The notes under the pieces: model-generated
The model's input: only the letters and a program-made list of their open reading frames with translations
Database searches by the model: none
What the model was told of the DNA's origin: nothing
DNA from: Obrimoposthia wandeli
Taxonomy: Eukaryota
NCBI GenBank assembly: GCA_977020255.1
Contig: CDROCS010000752.1
Coordinates: 62,001-126,000, forward strand
Length of the DNA: 64,000 nucleotides
Direction of reading: 5' to 3'
Made by a program: the position numbers and the translations under genes
Shown here: piece by piece, positions 10,775 to 20,175 of the stretch
How the letters are laid out: each line of letters opens with the position of its first letter
Position numbering within the stretch: the first letter of the stretch is position 1

Positions 10775-12000
10775 TCTATAATAATACAGTTCTGTTTTTT
10801 ATTGAATTGTATTTCCGAATCAAACACTCCGTAAATAAGCACCGTAGTACAATGTATTAAAGCTGCATTGAACTTAATTTCTATACGTAACTTTCCATCC
10901 TTTGGTAGTTGGCATTGGTTTATATCAAAGTCTGGTGCCAAAACAAATGTGAAGAAGGAGCAGCTGCTTTTAAACTCAGTGAAAGAAATACCATTATTTA
11001 TATTTTTATCTAGTTGGCCCAAATTCCGAATAATAGATTGCGTATAAGCCAAAGCATAAGCGTTACCTTCGAAATCTGTTTTATATGTTTCGCGATAATC
11101 AGTATTTCTTGAAAGTGTCACTGAACCTACATTAAAATTATCAGATTGAGTTGCATCTGTCGTATAATTTCCTAGAAACTTTGCAGTTTTTTAAAAAGAA
11201 ATTAAAATGAATTTCGGTAATCTTACATCACCAAAAATTTGATTCTTATTAAAAGCTTGTGTACCCGTACCTAAAGAGTAGGATATAAGTTTAGTTTCTC
11301 TTATAGGATAACAAGCATTGTTTTTTTCCATTCCTATATTTTGTGTCATTAAAACTGATTGCTCCGTTTTAACTCTTTGGACATACAATTTTGCATCTAA
11401 AATATCAAGTCTAGGTTTTAGAACGTCTGTGCTTATCAAAGAAAAATTCCATTTATTACGTTTCAAACGAAGATGTACATTAACACCCGGAATTAAATAT
11501 TTCGGTTGTTCAAAGAAATTCAATCTGAAAGACCCACACATTTCGTAAGCTTTAGAACCTGCAATCCATTCTTTGGAAGTTGCAACTGTTTTATCAATGG
11601 TTGCCAAATTAGTATTTTGAGTATCAGTACTATAATTCAAAAGACTTTCAATCAAAGCTTTATGAGCATAGGAAGAATTTCCACCTTCAATTTTGACATT
11701 ATTAAGAGTAACAATGGCATCATTAACTAAAGAATTAAAGAGATAATTTACAGGTGTTACATCGGCATTTTCTTCTAAATTAGTACCATCCCGATTTAAT
11801 ACTTTTATTTGAACATAAAGCAAAGTATCATTCAAATCTAAATACTCGCTATTGGAACCATTAATATTAAATTCTAAATCGGTTAAAGTGGTTTCTGAAA
11901 CTGAGTTAACTAGAAATATTTCTTCAAAGGAAGCATTATCTACAACTACTTGTGGAAGTGGTTTATCAAAAATACACAATTCGGTTTTGGCACAACTCAT
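10771..12000 (-). pseudogene. Double jelly-roll major capsid protein, one in-frame stop at 11191-11193
   Basis: MSCAKTELCIF...(C.KSELDLF-like), LDLNDTLLY, YLIPGVNVHLRL, FVLAPD, G.LRIEIKF. ORFs 11191-12000 and 10771-11121 are in the same frame. Confidence 0.9.
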
Positions 12001-12037
12001 TTTGCAAATTGTGTTCCTTCAACTTTCTTACGTTTGT

Positions 12038-12373
12038 TTATATTGATTTTTTGTTTCTTTTACGTTTAAATCCACTACCTCCTTGGCTTTTATTTGATTT
12101 ACGTTTTCTAATCAAATTAGCAACTTCAGGTAAAACATTATCAAGTTCATCAAGCGCATGCTTCTTAAAAGTTGGTATTAGTTTATTGTCATTAGATGAA
12201 AGGTAATATTTTCCTAATTTTGATATAAATCGCCCGAGTCTCTTTAAAAGAGGAAAGGCAAATCTACCTAATGTTCTAAGCCAGCCAGGTCCATATTGTT
12301 TATCAACAAAATATGGTAATTCTCCACCTTGTTGACTTTGACTATAAGCTTCAATTATTGCCGGATTCGCCAT
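12038..12373 (-). CDS. Basic virion core/membrane-active protein (pVI/pVII-like) with QxGG motifs and an amphipathic helix
   Basis: QQGGELPYF..QYGPGWLRTLGRFAFPLLKRLG, basic tail, and typical position between mCP and MCP. Confidence 0.7.
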   Translation of the reverse strand: MANPAIIEAYSQSQQGGELPYFVDKQYGPGWLRTLGRFAFPLLKRLGRFISKLGKYYLSSNDNKLIPTFKKHALDELDNVLPEVANLIRKRKSNKSQGGSGFKRKRNKKSI

Positions 12374-13409
12374 TTTGTTTTCTTAAATGTATTGTTAAAC
12401 TTGTCTTAGCCCCGTACGTGAAATCTATTAGTTGTCCGGAATCATCTCTAATATTTACTTCAATATTGTTTATAGAAAAGAAAGCAACTGGAAGATACAT
12501 TGGTTGATCTATATGCATATCGACAACGTCCCCACATTTAGTTTCATTTTGAGAAATCCATATTGTTCTCAAAAGTGGAACTCGTTGTCCTCCTACAAGC
12601 GTTGATTCTATTAATTTAGTATAAATATATAAATTATTAACAAGATTTAAAGGTTTTGCCTTATTTTTAGCTTTTATGGTTTTAATTGTATGGGTTTCAA
12701 AGGTATTTCTGTTTAAACCAAGGTTTTTAGTGAGTTTATCATCAAAGGAAACCCGTGTTATGCTGCTCTTTACCGCAAACGTTAATTTATCATTTAATGT
12801 TACACATTTATCCAAATATCCACTACATTCCTTCTGTATTAATTTACATAAATCCACTTCACTATCTATTTTATAATCTTTTAAAAGCTTTTTCAGTTCC
12901 ACTACAGTCTTTGGTCTCATTTCAAGTAACAACACTTTTGCTACTCTACCAGGAACATTTCTAACCGATTTAGATGAAACTATATCCCGTTTATTACTAG
13001 CTACTGTTTGTTCACTATCAAAACTAAATAGAAGAGCTTCTTTTTTAGATTCAATGTTTATTTTAATAACTTGAAGATATTTTAATCGATTTTTAAATCT
13101 GACTTTGTTATTTTCAAATATTACTTTCACTTCTTTATCTATACAATTGCAATAGAATTGTCCTTTACTATCAAACCCGATCACAACTTCAGTTGTTTTT
13201 TCATGATCAACTTCTTTTGTAAACGAAATATGTGAGTTTTTTTTAATAGTAATTGGAGAATATTAAAAAGAAAATTCTGTTAAAGCCGCTTCCCATTCTC
13301 CTTGGAGATTTATAGGATTTTCCCAATCGATAATATAGCTACTAGCGTAATTATCTGGTTGAGTCTTCGGACATCCGTTACTAGGTAAAACCATATACAT
13401 AGACTTCAT
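12351..13409 (-). pseudogene. Minor capsid protein (penton-like single jelly roll), one in-frame stop near 13263
   Basis: N-terminus MYMVLPSNGCP..QPDNYAS...GEWEAALTEFSF and C-terminus LYIYTKLIE..VGGQRVPLLR...PMYLPV...IEVNIRDDSGQLIDF...LTIHLR. The ATG overlaps the integrase stop (ATGA). Confidence 0.88.
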
Positions 13410-14431
13410 ATTATATTAGATGCTGATATCCAAGTTGGATCTGAATAACCATGCCATTTAACATAGTATTGTTTATGTTTACCGGCACCCATAGATTTTA
13501 ATATTTTTTGAATACGGAAAATTTTAGGTTTATTTGATATTACTTGTAGTTCTTGCTCGTAAAATTTACCGTGGACGATATTTTTGTCAGCATCTTTAAT
13601 AGTATACATTATTGGATTACTCTTTTGATCAATTTTACTTATACAAAATATTTCATCGCTCCAATTCTGATCAAAGTTTTTAAATGGAGTAGAGCTAATT
13701 TTCGAAATTCGAACATATTCGTTTTTCTTATATTTAGCTTTTTTAATATTTTCTTTTTTATTCCTCTCCATCCAAATATCCATAGAGTTTTTATTAGTAA
13801 CATCAACAGGTCTCATTCCCTTGAGACCTCTATATTCAGAGTGATTATATGGATGTATTATTTTAGGTAAAACTTGGACCCATTTTTTATTTCCTTCTTT
13901 TGTGAAATACTTTTTTATTTGTTCTCTTAAAGTAAGATTAAATATTTCTACTACTGCTGTTTTGTACTGTGAAAACACAGAGTAGTGATTTATATTATTT
14001 TGTTTAAATAATTATTGAACTTGCTTATTATAAAATTCTTTTCCTAAATCAGTTTGCATATTTTGTGGAATGTTCTCTTTTAATATCTCTTTAATGGCTT
14101 CAAGCATAGCTATTGAAGACTTAGCTTTAACTGGAATTGCACGAGCAAACCTGCTAAATACATCAATACATGTTAAAATATATCGATATCCCTTATTAAT
14201 GGAAGAATATGGGATCATCTCCATCAAATCCATTTGCCATAAATTATTAGGACTGCTGGTTTTGTAAGCTCTAGTCGGAAACCTTCTTCTCATCGACATG
14301 TTCAGACTGTAGGCTAACTGGTCGCTCAGCCATTTCTGCATTTTCTTGTAATTTTGTTTTGTTCTTTTTGCTAATTTTGAAACTCCGGTGTAGCCAATTG
14401 GATCTTTTGGATTGAACCATATCTTCTCCAT
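13406..14431 (-). pseudogene. int: Retroviral-type (rve) DDE integrase with C-terminal chromodomain-like region, one in-frame stop at 14012-14014
   Basis: WQMDL, IDVFSR, QTDLGKEF, VVEIFNLTL, YNHS, YYVKWHGY. Both ORF halves share one frame. Confidence 0.93.
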
Positions 14432-14489
14432 TACAACAATTTGAATATATAGAAAATTTAAATTTAGGTAAAGAAGGGTTAGCACCCAT
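14271..14489 (-). CDS. Small ORF with N-myristoylation (MGxxxS) and Cys-Cys motif, overlapping the integrase start in another frame
   Basis: MGANPSLPKFKFSIYSNCC..., 72 aa. The first 19 codons lie outside the integrase ORF. Confidence 0.4.
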   Translation of the reverse strand: MGANPSLPKFKFSIYSNCCNGEDMVQSKRSNWLHRSFKISKKNKTKLQENAEMAERPVSLQSEHVDEKKVSD

Positions 14490-14517
14490 ATCTTTAGCTG
14501 ATTTTTGAATTAATTGT

Positions 14518-14865
14518 TTATGAACGTGTTGCAGCTATAATACTACTGATAATTGAAGCAACAACTAGAATAACAGCCCCTATGAAACCACCATTATGTT
14601 TAAGAATAATATTTCGTTTCCTTTTTTTACTTTTTAAATTGGCAATATCTGGAAGAGTTTTTCTATATTTCTTTAATATATTTTTACGATTTCCAACTTT
14701 TACTCGACCCAAAACTATATTATACAAAACTTCCAATAAATCATCTACAACAAAAGATGGAAATGCTTTAAGAATAATCATTCTCTTATGAGAAGAGGCT
14801 TTGACTAAAGCTTTAAAATAGGGTATGTTTCTTTGTATTTTTTTCATTTTAATAAAAAGGTTCAA
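14518..14865 (-). CDS. Adenovirus pX(mu)-like core protein: basic body, GG-F cleavage-type site, hydrophobic C-terminus
   Basis: ...KRKRNIILKHNGGFIGAVILVVASIISSII. The likely ATG is slightly downstream of the ORF start. Confidence 0.75.
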   Translation of the reverse strand: MNLFIKMKKIQRNIPYFKALVKASSHKRMIILKAFPSFVVDDLLEVLYNIVLGRVKVGNRKNILKKYRKTLPDIANLKSKKRKRNIILKHNGGFIGAVILVVASIISSIIAATRS

Positions 14866-14877
14866 TTTGAATATTGT

Positions 14878-15017
14878 TTATATTCGAAGCCATTTAAGTT
14901 TTTTTTTATTTCTAACTACAGATTTGATTAATTTTCTCACTTCTTTTTTCTTAATGATTATTTTTTTGATTTCTTAGGCTTTGCTTTACGTTTTACTATC
15001 AACTTCGTAAAAGGCAT
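14878..15017 (-). pseudogene. Very small Lys-rich protein ending KWLRI, frameshifted
   Basis: MPFTKLIVKRKAKPKKSKK / ...VRNKKKLKWLRI* read from the minus strand in two frames. Confidence 0.35.
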
Positions 15018-15081
15018 TGCAAATTAATTTTTTATAATTGTTCTCTATTTGTTTATAAACAGTTACTCCCTTAGAATTAAA

Positions 15082-15672
15082 TCAGTCTGTTAAAACACGT
15101 AAATCATCTGGGCAAGCTTGTGTAAAGTCAATAAATATATACCCATGTGCTTGTTTAGCAGCATTGTGGAATGAATCAACTAGAAAGTTCTTATTTTGGG
15201 GAAGCGCCTGTCTGGCCACAAAATCTACATCTGTTTGATCTCTAGAATTTTTAAATAAAACTAAGTAATGTATATTAAGATTTCTTGTTCTATGGTGACC
15301 TCCTTGGTGAAAATGATTTTGAGTGATAAATATAACTGTTACTTCACGATGTCTTGCAATCTTTGTAAATAAATTATTAAAGTCCGATTCCTTGTTAGCT
15401 TCCTGATACAAATCATCAATTATTATTACTTCTTCGTTTTTCAATCTTTCACACCAATTTGCATCAAATCCTTCAATAAATTGTATTCCCTTAAACTTAC
15501 AAACTTCTGTTTTGGTTAATCCGCTTTCTCCTCCTCCACCATGATGCCAATAAATATTTTTGAAACTAGATTTGAAAAGAGATTCATTTTGCAACAATTT
15601 ACATACGAAATGTGTCTTTTCACTTCCACTGGGACCAACTATTTGAAATACAGCATTATTATTTAGCTCCAT
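15082..15672 (-). pseudogene. A32/FtsK-like DNA packaging ATPase; Walker A mutated (GPSGSEKT), 3' end damaged
   Basis: IVGPSGSEKT, Walker B IIIDD, KIARH, IFITQN, YLVLFKNSR, GYIFID. Confidence 0.9.
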
Positions 15673-15709
15673 TGCATATACTCTTTCATTTTTAATATTG
15701 TTTATATTG

Positions 15710-16051
15710 TCATAGAAGTTTCCTTATTGAAATGTACAATGTTAGAGCTATTGTAGATGAAATACAAAAATTAATTAATGAATATTTGACTATAATTTTA
15801 TTTATTTGTGTACGATTTCTAAATTCTCGAATAACGTGTGATCTAACCAATATTTCAATGTTATCTCTTGTTATATCATTATTTTTTAATTCTGATAAAA
15901 TTTCTTTACTCCTAATTTTTCCAGAAAATATTTCGTCGGAAAGACGATCCACTTCATTGTCTCTATTTATAGTATTATTTATTTGAAACAATAAGTTTAA
16001 ACGGGTTTGTTTATAGAAAAGATAACAAGATGTAATAAGATATATTTTCAA
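15710..16051 (-). CDS. Hypothetical protein with C-terminal hydrophobic helix
   Basis: ORF track 113 aa ending YSLINFCISSTIALTLYISIRKLL. True start uncertain. Confidence 0.4.
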   Translation of the reverse strand: MKIYLITSCYLFYKQTRLNLLFQINNTINRDNEVDRLSDEIFSGKIRSKEILSELKNNDITRDNIEILVRSHVIREFRNRTQINKIIVKYSLINFCISSTIALTLYISIRKLL

Positions 16052-16510
16052 AAATCAAATCAACGATGTCTGGATAATCAAAATTTTTCAATCCCAATAT
16101 CATAACTTTACCACTGGAAAATATATTTACACATAGCGGTATAAACTTCAAATAACTGAGAGCAGGAAAACTTTCTGGTTCAAACATGCATTCTTCTTTC
16201 ATTTTCTCTGCAGTTTTAAAAAGATTTATCTGTTTCCCAAGATTAGCCGAAATTGTGATTGATTGTATTGCAGTGATTCGAATTCCAAATGGTAAATTGA
16301 ACCCAGGTATTGGTATTTTGCATCCCATAACACGACAATTTCCTAAAAGAATTCAATATGAAATAAAATAAAAAATTAACCTGTAGGTAAAATAACAACT
16401 GTGAAATTGTCAAACTTTTCCACATATTGTCTCGGCTTCCATTCATTGAATGGTAAGTACGAAACATCATCTTCTGTTCTACCTTTATGATTTACATTTA
16501 CAAGTTTCAT
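16011..16510 (-). CDS. TATA-binding protein (TBP)-like protein; 2 exons (16510-16381 and 16342-16011), 153 aa, uninterrupted after splicing
   Basis: IQSITISANL...LFKTA..MFEPESFPALSY...VNIFSSGKVMILGLK is a TBP repeat. A 38-nt GT-AG intron (16380-16343) joins VVILPTG|NCRVMGCK, the end of the first repeat. Confidence 0.85.
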
Positions 16511-16683
16511 TAGACTAAAATTGTATTCTGTAAAATCTTCTTTATATATGTCTGAAACTGCTTTTTTATTGCACGTTTCTTGTAATTATCTTGCAAACCT
16601 ATTATAATTGGATGATCTTCCAATCAAATTTGATTTTTAATATGGATTTAACCAATGAGATTCATGACTTTGTTAGAAATTAG

Positions 16684-16690
16684 TATAAAA
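16684..16690 (+). promoter_or_regulatory. TATA box in the divergent intergenic region between the TBP-like gene and the 16722 ORF
   Basis: TATAAAA about 32 nt before ATG 16722. Confidence 0.45.
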
Positions 16691-16721
16691 GAATGCGTCA
16701 TTGGAGGACAAATCACAGTAA

Positions 16722-17204
16722 ATGCATTCATATCAAAGACAATTATCAACGATGGAGGATAGCCAACGGATATTAAGCGGTGACGAAGATTCGGAAATGT
16801 TTGAAGAATCGGATAAGGATATGTATGAAGAAGTGAAACAATATTTCAAATACAAAGTCAGATTTTTGAAGAAGGCTCAACTGATTGCTTTAGTAAATCA
16901 TGTGACAATTGAAAGAAGAAAGTTCAGCTACTATCTATCAAATATTCAAAAACCAGATTTTCAATATCTTAAACAGAAAGTTGAAAAGGCAGTTCCGAAT
17001 TTTACTTTCAATAATAACGAATTTTATATCCGAGGACCCGATGAAGCATTTCTAGATGACTATGAAAGATATGTTGATATTGATGCATTTCCGAAAAAGA
17101 AGCAATGGACTGTAACAATTCGACTTTATGGTTACAAGAAAGATGAAATGGGGACAAAGTTGCCTATGTGGAAAATTGAACGTGCTCATATTTCTATGTT
17201 TTAA
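16722..17204 (+). CDS. Hypothetical protein, acidic N-terminus; possible OB-fold ssDNA-binding protein (paralog 1)
   Basis: Intact 160-aa ORF. The C-terminal WTVTIRLYGY...PMWKIERA motif is shared with the downstream gene. Confidence 0.65.
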   Translation: MHSYQRQLSTMEDSQRILSGDEDSEMFEESDKDMYEEVKQYFKYKVRFLKKAQLIALVNHVTIERRKFSYYLSNIQKPDFQYLKQKVEKAVPNFTFNNNEFYIRGPDEAFLDDYERYVDIDAFPKKKQWTVTIRLYGYKKDEMGTKLPMWKIERAHISMF

Positions 17205-17348
17205 CTTTTGCGTGTAATAAATTGTAATCGGTTTTACTATGTTTCTTTCATTTGGCAATTTATAATCAGTTTTATTTTTTAAATATTTGTATCTTATATG
17301 TATTTATTTTATAAACATTGTATTTTTAATCAGTTTCCTTATTTTAGA

Positions 17349-17753
17349 ATGAATAAGAGATGTGTAGCAAATTTTTATTATCCAGAAATAATTTTAAAAG
17401 GAAAACTATGTAATATATTAAAGAAGCATCAAATTATACGAGTTATGAATCCTGTGAAAATATCAAAAGTGGAGAATAAATATCTCATCAAAATTTTAAC
17501 AACATCTGATATTGATCAATTGAAAAATATTTTGGGATTTTACATTCCTGATTATGTATATGAAGGAAATTGTTTCCAGCTTGAAACTGATCCCAGTCTG
17601 GATTTTAAAGATGATCTAGGATAATTGATTGCTCCAATTCTAGATGAAGAACTATGGAATATCTCAATACGTCTCAATGGATATTTTGCTGATGACGGGA
17701 AAATGCAACCTCTCTGGACTTTGAGTGAAGCCAATATGTTATTTTATGTTTAA
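17349..17753 (+). pseudogene. Tandem paralog 2 of the 16722 gene; one in-frame TAA at 17622
   Basis: Read-through of the stop gives WNISIRLNGY...PLWTLSEA, matching paralog 1. Confidence 0.65.
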
Positions 17754-17930
17754 TAAATGTTTTGGAAAATAATTTTGACTCGTATTTTGTTTTTTCTCCT
17801 CTAAATTATATAGATCTATTTTTCTCTTATAAATCTGACCTAAATATTTAACATGTAGTAATCTAAAATCTTTCATAAAAATAGTAGTAATATATTTGAA
17901 ATCTCGTCTGCGATAAGCCGCCGGGGTCAA
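17739..17930 (-). other. Short hypothetical ORF next to the right terminus
   Basis: ORF track only, with no ATG start. Confidence 0.2.
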
Positions 17931-18053
17931 TATGGATTCCTGTGGTCTTCTCTAACCACTTTTGAGATAAATTTCAAAGTAAAATAAAAAATATGTGGGG
18001 GGAGGGGACCCCACTTCCTCCCTCCTATTCGATGCTTTTTCAATTTTCCCCAG

Positions 18054-18140
18054 ACACACATACACAAAATTTCACTTCACACACATACACGAAATTTCAC
18101 TCCACACACATGCACGAATTTTCACTCCACACACATGCAT
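18054..18140. repeat. Subterminal 25-bp tandem repeat (~3.5 copies, CACACACATRCACGAAATTTCACTC) in the putative Maverick TIR
   Basis: Directly visible. Confidence 0.85.
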
Positions 18141-18197
18141 GGTTTTAAAGGACATTAGGAAAGGGGGTGTGGATTAGACAGGGCACATCCACCTACT

Positions 18198-19475
18198 GTC
18201 GATAAGCACATCGAAACACACACTTGACCTTCCATGATCCACAAGCGTTGTGAAATTGCTGTGATTTAAAGGTTGGGCTATTATCCATCAACAACTCATC
18301 TGGAGGCCCATGTTCTCTGAAGACATCGGTCATGGCGGTAGTCACTGAATACTGTGTCTCATCATTGAGCAACTTCCATATTGTGAATCGGCTTGGTCCA
18401 CAATCAATAATGGATAAGTAACACTTCCCTAAATAATGGGTTACATCACAGGCCAATCGACTCCAACTCGCATCAACTTATAACTCACCATGTTCCAATG
18501 GAATTGGTGCTGGATCTATACTTTTACATTTAAAACAGCGTTCTACGACAGCTGTTACTTCTTCTCGTTTCACATTGAGTTCAGGATACTGAAATTTTAA
18601 AAGATACGTTGTTCTGTCAACACCAAGATGATTCAGGTTGTGCACTGCCAATATTTCTGCTTCATTGCCGATTACGCTACTGCATACCACGCTTGTGCGA
18701 TTGAGCTACTTTTGGGGCACTCTGGTAAGCTCATCAGCTTTGTTTCCTGCAGACTTTACTAGCCTGATATTAACAGTTAGTCTGTATTCTTCTATTATGG
18801 TTTTCAATAGATTCAGTCGCCTATGCGCTAATGCCGATCCAAGACCATGCGTTTTTACTCGTTTGTCTTCCGATGTAATTGACTTTACCCAGCCATGGAC
18901 CGTAGACGAATCTGTATAAACAAAAACTCGCGACAGCCTCCATTTGATCGCACAATTAAGTCCTTTGACAACTGCTTCTAACTCTGCCAAATTGATATGA
19001 GAGGAGTCATCTTCCTTCTGCAACCAACTGAAGTCTTCAACTACCGAACCATCAATTTCCACTACGGCTCCCATTGCAAGACTGCTAGCATCACACCATA
19101 CTGTTCCTTCAATCGTATTCTTCTAAATTCGTAAACATCATTAAGGCATCACCTTTCATTCTCAGCGGAATAATTGAACTTAATTTCTTCTCCAGTCCAA
19201 GCAGATCGACCTTCAATTTGATCTCACTAATCCACTCATCCACATTCGACGTCCCATCGAAAATGCTGATGGTCTCCAGTTCCTTCATAGCCGAAATAGC
19301 TTGTAGTTAAATCCAAGATGGTGTGGAGAACGATATATTCAAATTCTGCTGTTTTACGGATTGTGGAATATTAAAACAAACATCCAACAAAAAAATGATT
19401 ACTTGGGTAATTATATTCAATGATGAAAAGATGGTACGGTACTACGAAAAGCAACTTGTAGGACGGGAACCCAAT
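18198..19475 (-). mobile_element. Gypsy/Ty3 LTR retrotransposon fragment: gag start fused by deletion to RNase H, then integrase truncated by the Maverick
   Basis: ATG 19288 IFDGTSNVDEWI..MKGDA (gag-like); WCDASSLAMG..HINLAELEAV..YTDS (RNase H); HLGVDRT..CFKC (zinc finger); DVTH..IDCGPSRF..MDN (integrase core). PBS-like TGGGTTCCCGTCC at 19473-19461. Confidence 0.85.
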
Positions 19476-20175
19476 TGATTTGGTTTTAAAGCCATATGTT
19501 CAAGTAAGCCGGGATACACCTATAACTTTTATTTTTATTAATTTTATGAGCCTAATGAAACTCCCACCTGATCAAAAAATAATCATTGAAATTTCTGATG
19601 ACATACCACAAAACAGCTCATTGCTTTTGACTATTTCTTTAGCCACCTTGAATTATATAGCAAACAACTGAATAGGTCGACCGGAACTATATACATGAGA
19701 AGTATGTATAAGAGTCGAAAACAACAAGAAATAGGCATCCCAAGCAAGGTATTACAATTACATTTAAAGATCAGTTCAAAAAGTAATCAAGAGCTGAAAA
19801 TATGCATGGGACCATTAAATTAAAATTGACTATATTTATAGTCCTTATCAAGAACATATTAGAGAAAAGCTGAAATCATATAAATAAAAGAAAAATTAAT
19901 TAATATCTAAAAAAGAAAAGAAACAAGAAATAGATAAACTCCAAAATAGAACTGATTAACCTCAGATGACCTGACTGACTATATTCCTGTTTTTAAATTT
20001 ACTAAATAGCTGCCATCTCTGGCAGCGCGTGATTAATCACAAGAATTATTAATAATAGAAGAAACTGCATCAACGTCAGAACCAATAGGGGAGAATTGCC
20101 TCTAAATTCTCCAGAAAAAAACAAACAAAAAACAACTCAGTGTAATATGGGTATAATAAATAATCAATCGCTCAT

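Larger units (their letters stand above)
392..18197. mobile_element. Endogenous Maverick/Polinton (adintovirus-like) element, partly decayed; left end not in window
   Basis: Full core set co-localised: pPolB, adenain, DJR MCP, mCP, rve integrase, A32-like ATPase, pX-like protein. Right end ...CCTACT (5'-AGTAGG on minus strand) at 18197, with subterminal 25-bp repeats. The start coordinate is only the leftmost gene assumed to belong to the element. Confidence 0.93.

Noticed and set aside
11318-14791. Plus-strand ORFs opposite capsid and integrase genes (11318, 11506, 11952, 12313, 12676, 12755, 13553, 14070, 14582)
   Set aside because: Antisense shadow ORFs with no recognisable motifs.
15710-16051. 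Envelope/fusogen gene in the Maverick
   Set aside because: Far too short, with no signal peptide or Cys-rich ectodomain.
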